From: Leucoraja ocellata
Lineage: Eukaryota
Length of the DNA: 64,000 bases
Direction: 5' to 3'
Assembly: GCA_036785375.1 (NCBI GenBank)
Contig: JAWMAR010000158.1
Span: 1,488,001 to 1,552,000, forward strand
The position numbers and the translations under genes are program-made. Below the pieces are notes generated by a model that saw nothing but the letters and a program-made list of their open reading frames with translations, was not told the DNA's origin and searched no databases. Position 1 is the stretch's first letter, and each line of letters opens with the position of its first letter. Of the stretch, positions 49,133 through 61,613 are shown in pieces.

Positions 49133-49449
49133 ACGGTCCCGGTGGTGCAGCGGAAAAGTTGTTGCCTTACAGCGAATGCAGCGCCGGAGACCCGGGTTCG
49201 ATCCTGACTACAGGTGCTGTCTGTACGGAGTTTGTACTTCTCCCCGTGACCTGCGTGGGTTTTCTCCGAGATCTTTGTTTTCCTCCCACACACCAAAGAC
49301 GTACAGGTATGTAGCTTAATTGGCTTGGCAAATGTAAAAATTGTCCCTAGTTGGTGTAGGAAAGTGTTAATGTGCGGGGATCGCGGGTCGGCGTGGACCC
49401 GGTGGGCCGAAAGGCTGTTTCCGCACTGTATCTCTAAACTAAACTAAAC
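49133..49449 (+). mobile_element. tRNA-derived V-SINE (HE1-like), full length and young
   Basis: A box 'TGGTGCAGCGG', B box 'GGTTCGATCC', V-domain 'ctgtctgtacggagtttgtacttctccccgtgacctgcgtgggttttctccg' and (CTAAA)3 tail. CpGs are retained. Confidence 0.93.
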
Positions 49450-50074
49450 ATGGTTAAGACAGCGCTGAAAAACAAAAAGGAAGCAGTATGCCAATGGCAT
49501 TCAGGAGCATAGGTAGTGTTGCCAAGCTTCATTGACGACCTAATGTCATTGTGAGGTTTTTTTGTATGCTTCAGAGAAACTAACAAACATCAGCTTAACG
49601 TGAAACTTAACTCTGTACCTATCAACAAGTACATACATGTTTACAGGGAGGGGAGTGGAACTAGTCAGTTTGCTTTAACAAATTGGCAGGCTAAATGCCC
49701 TTCTGAGATGCTGGAAGTATTCTGAGATTCCATAAGTAAATCTGCATTTCTCTTCATTTATAACATCCAGGCCATGACTGGCAAGTGGTAAATTGGCATT
49801 GTTATTGCACAAATGCCACAAAGTAATCATTTCAAACAAGAGGAAACCCAAATTGCAGTTTTAGATCAATGGCACTACCATTGCCAAGGCAATAACCTGA
49901 GCATTATCCCTTACCAAGCAGAGCAACCATTTCAGCATCGTAACTATTAGAAGAACATAAAACATAGAACAGCACAGCACAGGAAGGAGCCTAATCTACC
50001 TACACATGAGCCACATCCCTCCATTCCCTGCACTTCCATGTTTCTATCTAAAAGCCTGTTCTTGATGAAACTGC

Positions 50075-50520
50075 ATTCACAGTATTGTGCGCAGTTCTGG
50101 TTGGCAAACTATGGGAAGGCTGTCATCAAGTTGGAAAGCATGTAGTAAAAATTCACAAGATTCTTATGGGGACTGGAATGAAGTGTTATAAGACGAGAAT
50201 GGCTCAGCTGGGGCTTTTTTTTCTCTGGAGCTTGGGAGACTGAGGGATGCCCTCATGGAGGTATGTAAAATCATATGGGGCTCAGCTAAGTGAATGGTCA
50301 TAGTTTATTTTTCCAGGCGAGAGTGGTCAGAAAATAGAAGGCATAGTTTAGAGAAAAAGTCGGAAGAAATTTAAAAGGGACTCAAGGAACAACTTTTTCA
50401 CCCAGAAGACTGTGGATATGTGGTGCGAGCTGCCAGAGGAAGTGGTAGAGGATGGTATAATTCTACATTTAAAAGACACTTAGATAGGTACATGGATAGG
50501 GAAGGTTTACAAGGATGCAG
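50075..50520 (+). mobile_element. CR1 C-terminal/3' fragment
   Basis: 'cagtattgtgcgcagttctggttggcaaactatgggaagg' (YCAQFW) through 'ttaaaagacacttagataggtacatggatagggaaggttta'. Confidence 0.78.
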
Positions 50521-50671
50521 ATGCTTCCCGGTTTGCTGAACACCATGCTGATGAATGTCGATTCTGGCAGGGTAAGTAAGTGCACCAAGTACTCTCTGGA
50601 CCTCCAATTGGAAATCGCCAATTTTTCGGGCAAGAATTGGATATCTATTGTCAGAACGGAAAGCTGTAGTT

Positions 50672-50701
50672 CTGATGACGGGTTCTGAACCCTGAAACGT
50701 T
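50672..50701 (+). ncRNA. Hammerhead ribozyme-like motif within a Penelope terminal repeat (50665-50790)
   Basis: CUGAUGA-c-GGGUU-cug-AACCC-u-GAAAC-GUU, followed by 'acagatgttgcctgaccta...ccaacattctgttttta...tgcagcatc'. Confidence 0.55.
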
Positions 50702-53276
50702 GATGTTTCTCTTTACACAGATGTTGCCTGACCTACTTTTCCAACATTCTGTTTTTATCTCAGGTTTGCAGCATCAGCAATGTTTTTATTTTATTTTCAT
50801 CAGGTATCTATTGCTATACAATGCCTGGCCCAGTAGGGCTCTCCCCTCAGTTAAAAATAATAATGAAAGTTACTCTGTTTTTGTTATTTCTCCACTTACA
50901 AAATAGCATACAGAATAAGTTTTAAATTATCAAATGGATACAAAATAATTGAAATTAGCTTCACAAACTTCACAATAATCACAATATCTTGAAATGGAGT
51001 ATCTGGATATCTGGCCAGTGTGGGCAAATTGGGTCAAAGGGCCTATCTCCACACTTTATCGCTAATTTTCCAAACTCCAGAGCTGAGAACCCGCTGAAGG
51101 GATAAGAAGGAGTTTAAACAGTTTCTCTGAGCACTGAAGCAGTCATAATGAATCTGTCAATTTCACCTTCACCATGAAAAATTAAGCAGCTCAGGTAATC
51201 TGCTAACATTTGGATTTTTAAGATAGCCACTGAAAAAAAAGCAAAGAAAGGAGCATAAAACATGAATTGGTTGCCTACTGTCATTGTCCTCAGCTGATTT
51301 ACAACCACTTTGTGTTTGATGTTGACTGGGATAATTTCATCATTCTCCAACCCTTGTGATCATGTCCAAAATGACTAGTCAGGTGAAGACATTGCAGTAG
51401 ATTACTTGTCACCTGTAGGAAGTCGTTGTCTTGATCTGAGAAGTGGGTTTACTCATGAATGCAATCATCTATTAGTTACTCACATAACCGCGGTTAGAAG
51501 CCTGGGAGTTGCACTAAGGATGTAATCACCATATTGAGAGCTTGTTTCAAAACAACAGATGTCCTCAGAACACGTGATTTTTGCATTTTGGGCAAGGTCT
51601 AGGTTTTTCTGCTTCTGTGCATTTTAACTTTGGTGATGTGAAAGCTTATTCACGCACACAGATGTATTTTGTATTGTATGCCTATCATGTAACAAAAGAT
51701 TAAACATTTCTATAAATGAATTATATACAATGTAGAGATAGCCTTTGGCTACAAGGTATTTGCAGCTTGGTGACTCTTGCACTAATAAACAGAGACAAAA
51801 AGAAGTAGTGACTGGCGTCAGGCACTCATCCCTTGAAGGCACGGCTCAGTACAAGCCAAATCTTGTAGTTGCTTTGGCAAAGTCCCGCAGTGATGTTTAT
51901 AATGTACAGATCCTTTTTTTATGCCTCTGTATATTCTCATTTATCTCTACTCAATTAATGTAGATTTCAGGGCACTTCAACCTTTTTTAACGAAACATTT
52001 ACTTTAAATTATACATTAAAATGTATCTTCTATCTTTGAAAAGGTATTCACAAACTGATGTCTTAGGTTATCATAATTCTAATGAGATATTATCATTATT
52101 TGAAGTCAGAAAAAAAAAATTACTTCTTTGTGACATCAAGGGACATTAACAAATCATATCAAAATAATATAACAAATTAAACCAGTTGGCTTAATGACAA
52201 AGTATACAAAAAGTCCACAAAGTACCTCTAAATTTCTGTGCAAAATAATTTCAATAAATTTAGAGAACACTTAAATCACCGAACGTCAATTAGTCATCTG
52301 AGAATTCAAATGAGGAAAAATATCATTAGGTGAGAATTCTTTTGGAAAGAAAATAGTTTCTCTTCCAGAAGTGGCCAACAATTTATCATTGGTTCGATAA
52401 TAACTTTAAAAATCCCGATGTATGGTTCTTCCTTTTCAAATATCAATTTCTAATAAGCCGTCCTATTTCACAATTGGTTATTTGTTATTGAAACATACAC
52501 CAGACAAAATAAACTATGCTGAGTGATAGCAAGAGTGCATTTCCTCAGTGCTATGTACAAAAACTAAGAGTAAGCAAAAAATGCATACAAGTTTGTTCTT
52601 GCTTTTCTTTAAGGAATCAGTGACCAAACAGAAATGTCTTCAATCACATAAGCATGTGACAAAACCTAGCCCCCATTCTCATTAGATTTTTTGATAATAA
52701 ACACCTTTCATTTCAAAGAAGGTGGCAGGATGCTAAAAAAAAATATCGTCAAGATTTTTAATGTTCCTCAAACCTAGTTTTAAGTTTATTCTGACACATT
52801 GCTCGGCTACAAAAGTGACAGACTGAAAACAAATTCATGTTCCATGTTCCAATGAGCATGTTATAAACTTACAGAATAAACTCCCAAGGAGCCATGCAAT
52901 TAAGAAGGTTGATTTCAATAAAATCCATTTCATGCATTATTTTAAAGAAATCTATAGTTTGCAGTAAGAGTAACACATTTAAGAAAATAGAGATAGCTGT
53001 GTGTCAGTGGTTCCTGAGCCTCTCCACCACTGAAGGCTTTCTTACATCATCTCTCAAACTTGAACTGATAAATATTGATTGTCAGATCATGTAACTACCA
53101 GTTTTATGGATGACAAACTAACTGGACCATGGACTTTGCTTTCAAGCATTTCTTATACTCGTCTGCTTGATTGGTATCAGCAAACAATCTAAGATGCCCC
53201 CAGAAGCATGTTCATTGGCAACCAGTCATAGTCATATAGAATGGAAAAGGCTCTTTGGCCCAACTCATCCATGTTC

Positions 53277-53530
53277 AATCCAATCCAATCCAACTTTGTT
53301 TGTTAAGCACTTTAAAAAACAACCAAAGTTGACCAAAGTGCTGTACAGAAATAAAATAAGCAAGACATCATAAAACAGGCAGAATAACAACATACAGCTA
53401 ACATGAGGCGCATAAATTACATACGAAATTCAACAATAAATTAAAAGACATAAAACATGAGTATGAACCACGCATTAAAATTAAGCAAATAAAGTAAATA
53501 AATAAGTCGACACCTTACTGGTCTACAAAG
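53277..53530 (-). mobile_element. L2 3'UTR fragment (same family as 29277-29450) inside a CR1 3' fragment
   Basis: 'aagcactttaaaaaacaaccaaagttgaccaaagtgctgtacaga' versus 29303-29347 'aagcacgtttaaaaacaacccacgttgaccaaagtgctgtacaga'; (CAATC)n tail. Confidence 0.7.
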
Positions 53531-53534
53531 GTAT

Positions 53535-54190
53535 CAAGATACCCATCCAAATCAGTCACATTTGCCTACATTTGTCCCATTATCCCTCCAAAGATGTCCA
53601 AATGTTTTTAAAATATTGTTTTTGTTACTACCTTATTCAATTTCTCTAACAGCTCACTCCATATACACACTGCCCTCTGTGTGAAGAATTTTCCCCTCGA
53701 GTCTCTTTTAAATCTTTCAAGCTTTCAACTGAAAGTTTTGCCCTCTGCTCTTTGATTCTCCTTCCCTGGGAAAAAGACTATGAGTGATCATGATTTTATA
53801 CACCGCTTTAACATTCAAAACAATATTTGGACAGGTACATGGATAGGAAAGATTTAGAGGATATGAGCAAAATGCAGCCAAGTGTGACTAGTGTAGATGG
53901 GGCATCTTGGTCGATATGGGCAAGTTGTCTGTTTCCATGCTGTATGTCTCAATGTCTCTATAAGGTCATCCCTTAGTCTCCTACTCAAAGGAATAAAGTT
54001 CTAAACTGCCCAACCTCACCCTATAACTTATTCCCTCGAATCCTGGAAACATTATTGTAAATCATTTTAGCGCTCCTCCTAGCTTAATGACATCTTTCCT
54101 ACTGCCGAAGTGAATGACCACACATTTTGTTATTTCTTTGCTTTCTCTCTCAACCTGTCCAAGTCATTCCGCAGACTCTCTGCTTCCTCT
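53535..54190 (-). mobile_element. CR1 3' fragment with an opposite-strand CR1 tail inside (~53808-53960)
   Basis: 'ccctctgtgtgaagaattttcccctcgagtctcttttaaatctt' and 'taaggtcatcccttagtctcctactc'. The inner + strand piece is 'tttggacaggtacatggataggaaagatttagaggatatg...gtttccatgctgtatgtctc'. Confidence 0.7.
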
Positions 54191-54692
54191 ACACTACCTG
54201 TCCTTCATCCATCTTCATAAAAGCACCTGTCAGCCCAAGATTAAAGGTAAGAGCAATAAATAGAGAAAATTACCAGAGTGAGCTTTAAAAAGCATGAAAA
54301 CCTTTACCAAGGATGAAAAGGCATGGGATTAAGAAATGCCAGATCTGGATGAAGGGAAAGTGACTAAAAGGTTCAGGCATGTACCTGAAGACAAGCTCTG
54401 GAACAGACCAGAAACATTTTAAATAGCTTTTGATGTGCAGCTGATAGAACATGAGATGTATACAAGGAAAGTTCTTTGCTCTGCAATTCTATTAGAGTGT
54501 TCCATGGGTTGGCATTGTACCATGATGCTGGAGGTGTAGCTAAGCTGCAGACCACAGCTTATTTTTGCTATCACTGCATATGTGCATATGTGCAGGTTCC
54601 ATACCATGCTGGAGTCACAGAAGCAGATATAACAAGCAACTAATTGAGTGTCCATGCCCCTGCTGAGCTAGACACTCATAGATCTGATTAGT

Positions 54693-54910
54693 CATAAGGT
54701 TGTAAAGTCATGTGATTGGAGCAGAATTAGGCCATTAGGCCCATCAAGTCTACTCCACCATTCAATCATGGCTGATCTGATCTATCTCTCCCTCCTAACC
54801 CCATTCTCCTGCCTTTTCCCCATAGCCACAGACACCCATTCCAATCAAGAATCTATCAACCTCTGCCTTCAAAACCTCTATCCATTGACTCGGCCTCCAC
54901 AGCCTTCTGT
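54693..54910 (-). mobile_element. CR1 3'UTR fragment
   Basis: 'ggagcagaattaggccattaggcccatcaagtctactccaccattcaatcatggctgatct...ggcctccacagccttctgt'. Confidence 0.8.
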
Positions 54911-55469
54911 TAGTCTTTTGATGTCGGTTTTGTTTGGTCCACATGATTGTCCAGCTTCAACTGGCCAGACATTGACTCCTGATTATCCTGCTCTTCCTTC
55001 CCATATCCAGCACAATGGAAAGCTTAGTGTGTAGGAAGGAACTGCAAATTCTGGTTTAAACCAGATAGACACAAAAAGCTGGAGTAACTATGCAGGACAG
55101 GCAACATCTCTGGAGAGAAGGAATGGGCCTCTGGGTTTTGGAGCCAACTTCTTCTTCTAGTGTGTCGCTCTGCTATCCTATTAGAAAATGCCACCTGCTA
55201 CAGATGTCGTATCAATGTTGTTCACATGAGCCACCTTATTCCCCAGCACTAGATCAATCAATGCTTCTTTTCCAGTGCTCAGGCCATACTTAAGAAACTT
55301 CTGAACACACTTCAGAAAAATGTCTCCCTCCTTGCGATATTTCCCTTCAACATCATTCCAATCAATATTCAGGCATTATAGCCCTTTGATTGTTCTTGCG
55401 TATCCCTGTAATTTTCCATGGAAACTTTGTGTTGTTAAAAGTGAAGAGTGATAGAACCATTGGCAATTG

Positions 55470-57082
55470 AATGATAATGATCACTTGGTAGGGTGGGATA
55501 TGAAAGGGTGCTTGGAATTTAATCCTGAAAGCTGCTTGTATTTGAAGATGACCTTTAGTTCCAGAATATAGATATTGAATGGTAGAACCCTTGGATGTTC
55601 TGAGCATCTGAAGGAACTTGCTGTACTTGTCAAAGGATCTCTGAAGGCAACAGAGGTGTTTAAGAAATATATGTGGGAGTAGTTGCCTTTAACTAGACCA
55701 GGGAATATAAGACCAGGTCATTGTGATGCAACTATATGAATCAATAGTGAGGCCACCACACTATAAGAAGCTTGCACTTGCATTGCAAACTATTCACCAG
55801 GATGTTGCCTGCAATAGCGCATGTCAGCTGTGAGGAGACACTCGATAAGCTGGATGGTTTAATCTTACAGTTGATAAATCGAAGTATAAAACAATATGAA
55901 GGGCACAGCTAGGGTAGCTAGTGAGAAATTATTCCTCTATTATCAGAGATCATAGGTTTAAGGCAATGGAGTAGACGGAGAGTGGATTTAAGGCAAAAAA
56001 AGTGTTTACCCAAATGGTGATTGAGACCTGGAATGCACTATCTGAGGAAATGTCAGGTACTTGCACAACATTTAAGAAGTATTTTTATGACCACTTGAAA
56101 CACTGTGACATAGAAGGCTGAGTGCTGGAAAAATGGATGAGTATAGATCAATACTTGGTGACCAGTCTGTATATCTCTGTTACACTATAACTCTATTTGC
56201 TCCTTTATCTTGTTTTCATCTTCATGAATGTATTCTGCCTGGTGAGGTCTCACGTGATGTTTTCTAAAGATTAGTTTGGGTCTTCAATATTTTACCCTAA
56301 GTACTAATAACTTGGACCGTTTTTTAATCCAAGTTTGCAAAATGACATTAACCTGGGAGAAACAAAGAAAGAGCAAGTGAATGGGCAGACTGTGGCAGCT
56401 GGAGTTCAATTTGTGGATCTCTGAGATCATCTACTTTAATTCTGAGAAAGATAAATCAAAGAAAGATAATTTTCATAATGATAAGAGACAGCTCTGGAGT
56501 ATAAAATGATGGAGATGTTCACGTACATATATTGCTTAAATCTACTGTTTCGTACATAAAGTAATCAAAACGATTCATAAAATATTGAACTTTACCTCAG
56601 TAAAGGTTGTATTACTGAAGTGAGGCTTCATTTGTACAGATCATCACTCAGATTTATCTGATGTACTGTGTTCACATATGGACACCAACATTCAGAAAAG
56701 CTAGAGATTGCATGCAGCATAGATAGATGCAAATGACATCAGGGTTAAAGGATTTATTTGGGAGGGCAAATAGTAATAGATTGATTTATTTTTGCCATGA
56801 AATTAGAAAGTTGAAGGATAGCCTAAATGAAAGGGAATTTTGGACAAGGGGACATTTAGAGGTAGATTAATTATGTGTAATATCAGGAAGTACATTCTCA
56901 CACAAAGGCCAGGGGAATTCTGCAACCTTTTTCCTTTTATGCAGGGTCAGGTTTAAATTTCAATGTTAAGCATGTTTTATTTTGTAAGCACATCATGAGA
57001 ACCAAAGGCAGTGTTCAGTCATGATCTAATTGCATGACAGAACAGGCTTGAAGGGTCAAATGGCCTGTTCTTTTTCTTATGT
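55470..57082 (+). mobile_element. Two consecutive highly degraded CR1 3' regions (~55470-56195 and ~56370-57082)
   Basis: Residual motifs 'gcaactatatgaatcaatagtgaggccacc', 'ttcaccaggatgttgcctg', 'gaatgggcagactgtggcagctggagttcaat' and 3'UTR 'gaacaggcttgaagggtcaaatggcct'. Confidence 0.55.
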
Positions 57083-57714
57083 TTGCCATTTTATCTTCAA
57101 TCAAAACATAAGCCATTCAGCCCTTTAAGCCTGTTCCAACATTTAATTAGATCACATGTTCATCTATTTTTTATCCACCTATTTTGCACAGCTCACAATA
57201 ATCATTACAGATGTCTATCAATTATGTTCACTTGTTCACGAACATTTAAGCTTGATCCAGCTTCTACAGGGACTTGAAAAGCATTAGAGAGTGTAATGAG
57301 GCATGGTGTCAATGGGGAAAGTGATGAGAAATGATTTGATTATCAAAGCCTCTCTAGTAATTAAAATAATTATCTCATAAAGGAAGTCACAAAGGTATGT
57401 AGGACAGGTAATGTGTAGAGAAATTAAACCTGAAACCTGGATGGAAAGCTAGCTAAGAATGGATAGAGTTATGGAGTTATGGAGAGCAGAAAAACAATGG
57501 TATTCTTCACTTTACAAAATGAACATTTGTGGGAATCCTTCACAACACTGCATTAAAATGAGATTAATAAACTTGCCCTTTCTCAGATTATATGACAGAT
57601 ACTTCTTTGTGTCTCTTAATATAGCAGGTTTTCCTGCATATCCAAGAAAATGGGAGAATTGGTTGTTGACTGAGGAAAGCAGGGAGATTGCTGATGAGAG
57701 GGGGGGAGAGGGGG

Positions 57715-58420
57715 GCAGTGGTGAACACAGCCCTGTCTTCATCAATGGAAATGCTGTAATGATGGTCGACAGCTTCAGATTTCTGGGCATCCATATCACC
57801 AACAATTTAATCTGGTCCCATCACATTGATGCAGTGATTATGAAAGTGCATCAGCATGTTTGCGTTATTAGGCGTCAGTGGGTTCAGCATATTCACGGTG
57901 ATTCTATTGAACCTCTACAGATGTGTTATAGATGGAAAGATGGTATCGCAACTGCTTTACTGCCTGAACCTGTAGAAATTGGTGAACAGAGCCTAGTTCA
58001 TCACAGGCTCATTGCTTCCTTCCATCCAGTCTATCTTCATGGTGCAGTGCATCAGCATGGATGGAAGTATCATTAAGGACGCCTGTTGGGAGAAGACACA
58101 GGGGCTTGAAAGCCAGACATCCAGACTTAAGAGCAGCTTCTTCCCTACAGTCATCAGACTCCTGAACCTATCACTTATTTCACATTCCCTTCCTGGAGGT
58201 GATGCCATGTATTCTTATTCTTAACTCTATCTCATCCAGTTATTCTGTATTTGAACTTTCGCATTTTTTGTAACAATTTCAGATTGTTCTACAATCTTGC
58301 ACCATTCTGCTGCTTTACATTTATTGTTGTATTCATTGCAGCACTTTTAATATTTATTGTTTACAATACAAGCTGAATGCAAACAAGAAATGTTATTGCA
58401 CCCTGGTGGATATGACTGAA
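57715..58420 (+). mobile_element. Degraded Rex1/Babar-type LINE 3' part
   Basis: HSPVFINGNAVMMVDSFRFLGIHITNNLIWSHHIDAVIMKVHQH and TSRLKSSFFPTVIRLLN. Confidence 0.78.
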
Positions 58421-58431
58421 ACTAATGTGCA

Positions 58432-59608
58432 GGGCAGCACTGTGGTGCTGCAGTAGAGTAGCTGCCTTACAGTGCCATAGACCCAGGTTCGATCCTGACT
58501 AAGGATTTTGTCTGTATAAAGTTTGTAAATTCTCCTCGTGACCTGCGTGAGTTGTCTTTGGTATTTCCTGTTTCCTCCCACACTCCAAACACGTACAGGT
58601 TTGTAGGTTAATTGGCTTAGTTAGTTAGTTCAGTTTTATTTGTCATATGTAGGTTAACACAGGGTCAACGGTACAATGAAATGTGTTTGACAAGACAACA
58701 GGTCACCTTAGTAATGATATTGCAAGGATAAAAATAAGATAAAATAAGATAAGATAAAAGTGACATTGGTAGGTAAAAGACAATAATAAATAAAATATAT
58801 CAACATATATCAACATATATGTGTTTATGAGTTCAGAAGCCTGATGGCCTGAGGGTAAAAACTGTCTTAAGTCTGGTGGTGCGTGCAGCCATGCTCCTAT
58901 ATCGTCTGCCTGATGGCAACAAGGAGAACAGTCTACGTGCTGGGTGGCTGTGGTCCTTGATGACGCTGTGTGCCTTCCGCAGGCACCGCCTGTGAAAAAT
59001 GTCCTGAATGGCCGGGAGACAGTTGCCAATGATGTGCTGTGCTGCCTTCACCACTCTGTGTGGTGATTTGCGGCTGTGGGCAGAACAGTTCCCGCACCAG
59101 ACTGTGATGCAGCCCGTCAGCAGACTCTCGATGGTGCAACTGTAGTAGTTTGTGAGGATGCTGGCGTTCATGCCAAACTTCCTCAGTCTTCTCAGGATAA
59201 AGAGCCGCTGGCGGGCTTTCTTAGTTATTGTGTCCATGTGCAGTGTCCAAGAGAGGTCCTCAGTGATGTGCACACCGAGGAACTTGAAGCTGCTGACCCT
59301 TTCAACCTCAGCATCACCGATGAGGTGTCCACTCCCTTGCTGTCTCCTGTAGTCCACAATCATCTCTTTAGTTTTGCTGACATTGAGAGAGAGGTTATTC
59401 TCCTGGCACCAGCTGTTTAGTTCCTTTACCTCCTCTCTATAGGTCATCTCATTGTTGTCTGTGATGAGGCCCAGGATCGTTATGTCGTCAGCAAACTTGA
59501 TATTATTGTAAATTGTAAGCTGGCGGGCAACATCGGCACAGACTCGGTAGGCCGAAGGACCTGTTTCCATGCTGTATCTCTAAACTAAACTAAACTAAAC
59601 TAAACTAA
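58432..59608 (+). mobile_element. V-SINE (58432-58618 and 59506-59608) split by a Rex1 insertion
   Basis: Head with B box 'ggttcgatcctgact' and V-domain to 'gttaattggctt'. Tail 'cagactcggtaggccgaaggacctgtttccatgctgtatctc(taaac)5'. Confidence 0.85.
58620..59505 (-). mobile_element. Rex1/Babar-type LINE, 5'-truncated at the FADD motif, reading frame open for ~220 codons
   Basis: IKFADDITILGLI...WCQENNLSLNVSKTKEMIVDYRR...FKFLGVHITEDLSW...KKARQRLFILRRLRK...IESLLTGCITVWCG...LLPSGRRYRS. The 3'UTR has 'atgacaaataaaactg(aact)n'. Confidence 0.93.
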
Positions 59609-61600
59609 TCAAATCAAATTCTAAAACTGATTTTAAAAGAACCGTAAAAGCAGCAGAAAATGCTAAGCAAAGGTTCTGGTCTATTTACTTGTTTAAAGCA
59701 GTTTGCTTCAAATTGATAAGAGTAAAATTATTTTAAGTAATTGTGAAATCCAATTGTGAAATTGTGAAAAGTTAGAATTCTTTGTGTTTCACAATAATAA
59801 GTGAAGGTGCTGCAGTTTTAACGATTGTATTTACTCCTGGAGTCAAGTAGTGTAAATAGCCCTTTTCTTAAGACTTCTAATCTGCTTAGTACACATTTTC
59901 ATGCACTACACAAACATATGAAACCAAATCTGTTTTGAAGTGATCTCACACAAGGTGTGTTTTAGGATTACTGTTAGAATCCTAGCTCAGACAAATCAGC
60001 TACTCCAATCACCTTGAAATCTGAGTTACCCAGCGAACTTAATAGGCCCTTGGCATATCCATGCCTGTTATCTGATTGAGAAAAGAAAATCAAAAGGTAA
60101 ACTTCAGGGTTCATGGAATGCAAGACAAATGAGATGTCATAATTATCAAAGTGGCTAATTTAGAAAATTAAGCTGTTCACACAGGTGACATAATTACTTG
60201 TCACAATCACTCTTCTTCTTATTAGTGTTCTTCCTTCCTGGCACATAATAATATGAGGGTATAATTCATTTTTTAGTCATTTCTATTTTTGCCATAAACA
60301 TTCTCAGTTTGCACCCATATTTACGGGGCAGTTCTTTTTCTTTATTCCTTCTTTCTGGTGTGCATTTAAATTATTTCTCTCCTGTAAATGTACCTGGTTT
60401 TAAACTAAAATCAGTATTATTTTGATCATTATCATATTCCCATATCTTTTGTTCTCATTCTGATTGTAATTGATTATATGATGGATATTTTCCAGTGATG
60501 TTTATTGTTTTCAATATTTGAATATTGGTTTCAGAAATCCTGCATCACTGCTGACATTGGCGTATTTTATGAGTCCTTACATATAGAGAATTATTAGGGA
60601 CAATTTCTGAGCAGGAAAATGAGTCTGGTTTGTAATGCATGTTTGCAAGACATGACATTGTAAATGGGCAAGGTTAAACATTTTGGATTAAAAACATGAC
60701 TGTGAGATTGATTAGGAACCTGCAGTCTTGTAAAGATGTAGGGAAAGGGCTGACATGACTTATAGTTTGCTGAATTCACAGAGATTACACCAATGTCATT
60801 CATTTGAAGAGATAGTTCATCCTAAATGCATACATAGTAACTGTAATTTGTAAATTTCAAGAAAATAAACATGTCGAAGCCTCTGTATGTGCGTTGAACA
60901 CTGAGAGAAGCAGGAAATGGCTCGACTTCTCTAGAATGCTCCAACGTGACAAAACAATCACGTCACCAGCTACTTTCTGAGGTTTTGTTCAACGTGCAGG
61001 TCATCCATAAATCAAAAAACATTGTAAGCAAGACAGTTTTATTTAATATTATTTATTACCTGTTTATAAACTAGCAATGGTGAAAAATGTGTCAGATATT
61101 TAAATCTTGCAGCAAATAGGATTGCAGTATATTTCATTTTGACTACGCAAAGTATTGTCTCGAATAACGTGAGGAAAAACTCAAATTCTCTTCATCACTT
61201 ACAGAAGAAAAACATGGAGCAAGGCTTAGAAATAGATAGCACCAGAAATCTGTCTACATTCCCTTTTGGTGATTGCCCAATGCCGCAATTTCATAATTAG
61301 ACCAAAATAATGTTAAAATAAGCACGTTATTATTATTTGTATAATGATTTTGGGTTGATATGAATGTTTCTTCCTACTCATTTAAAAACACAAACCCCAC
61401 ATGATGCCATTTAATCAGATTGCCACCTTTCTTGTGTTTCCTACTAAGCTTTAGCAGAATAGTTGGTGTTGGTCTGTGATCAAATTACAGGCTGACAATC
61501 AAATGGCTTCCAGTTGGTTTTGGTGAATTAGATAGATCACAAAGAGTTAAATTGCAGATCAATTTGAGTCACAATTCAACAGTCATAGTTTGTAATGCAC

Positions 61601-61613
61601 GTCTCCTAGCAAC
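61601..61613. promoter_or_regulatory. RFX X-box-like motif in unique sequence
   Basis: GTCTCCTAGCAAC resembles the GTNRCC-n-RGYAAC consensus. An AP-1 site TGAGTCA lies 30 bp upstream (61565-61571). Motif match only. Confidence 0.3.

Noticed and set aside
57459-58076. 205-aa ORF as a host gene
   Set aside because: It is a chance read-through from unique DNA into a degraded Rex1 fragment that shifts out of frame.
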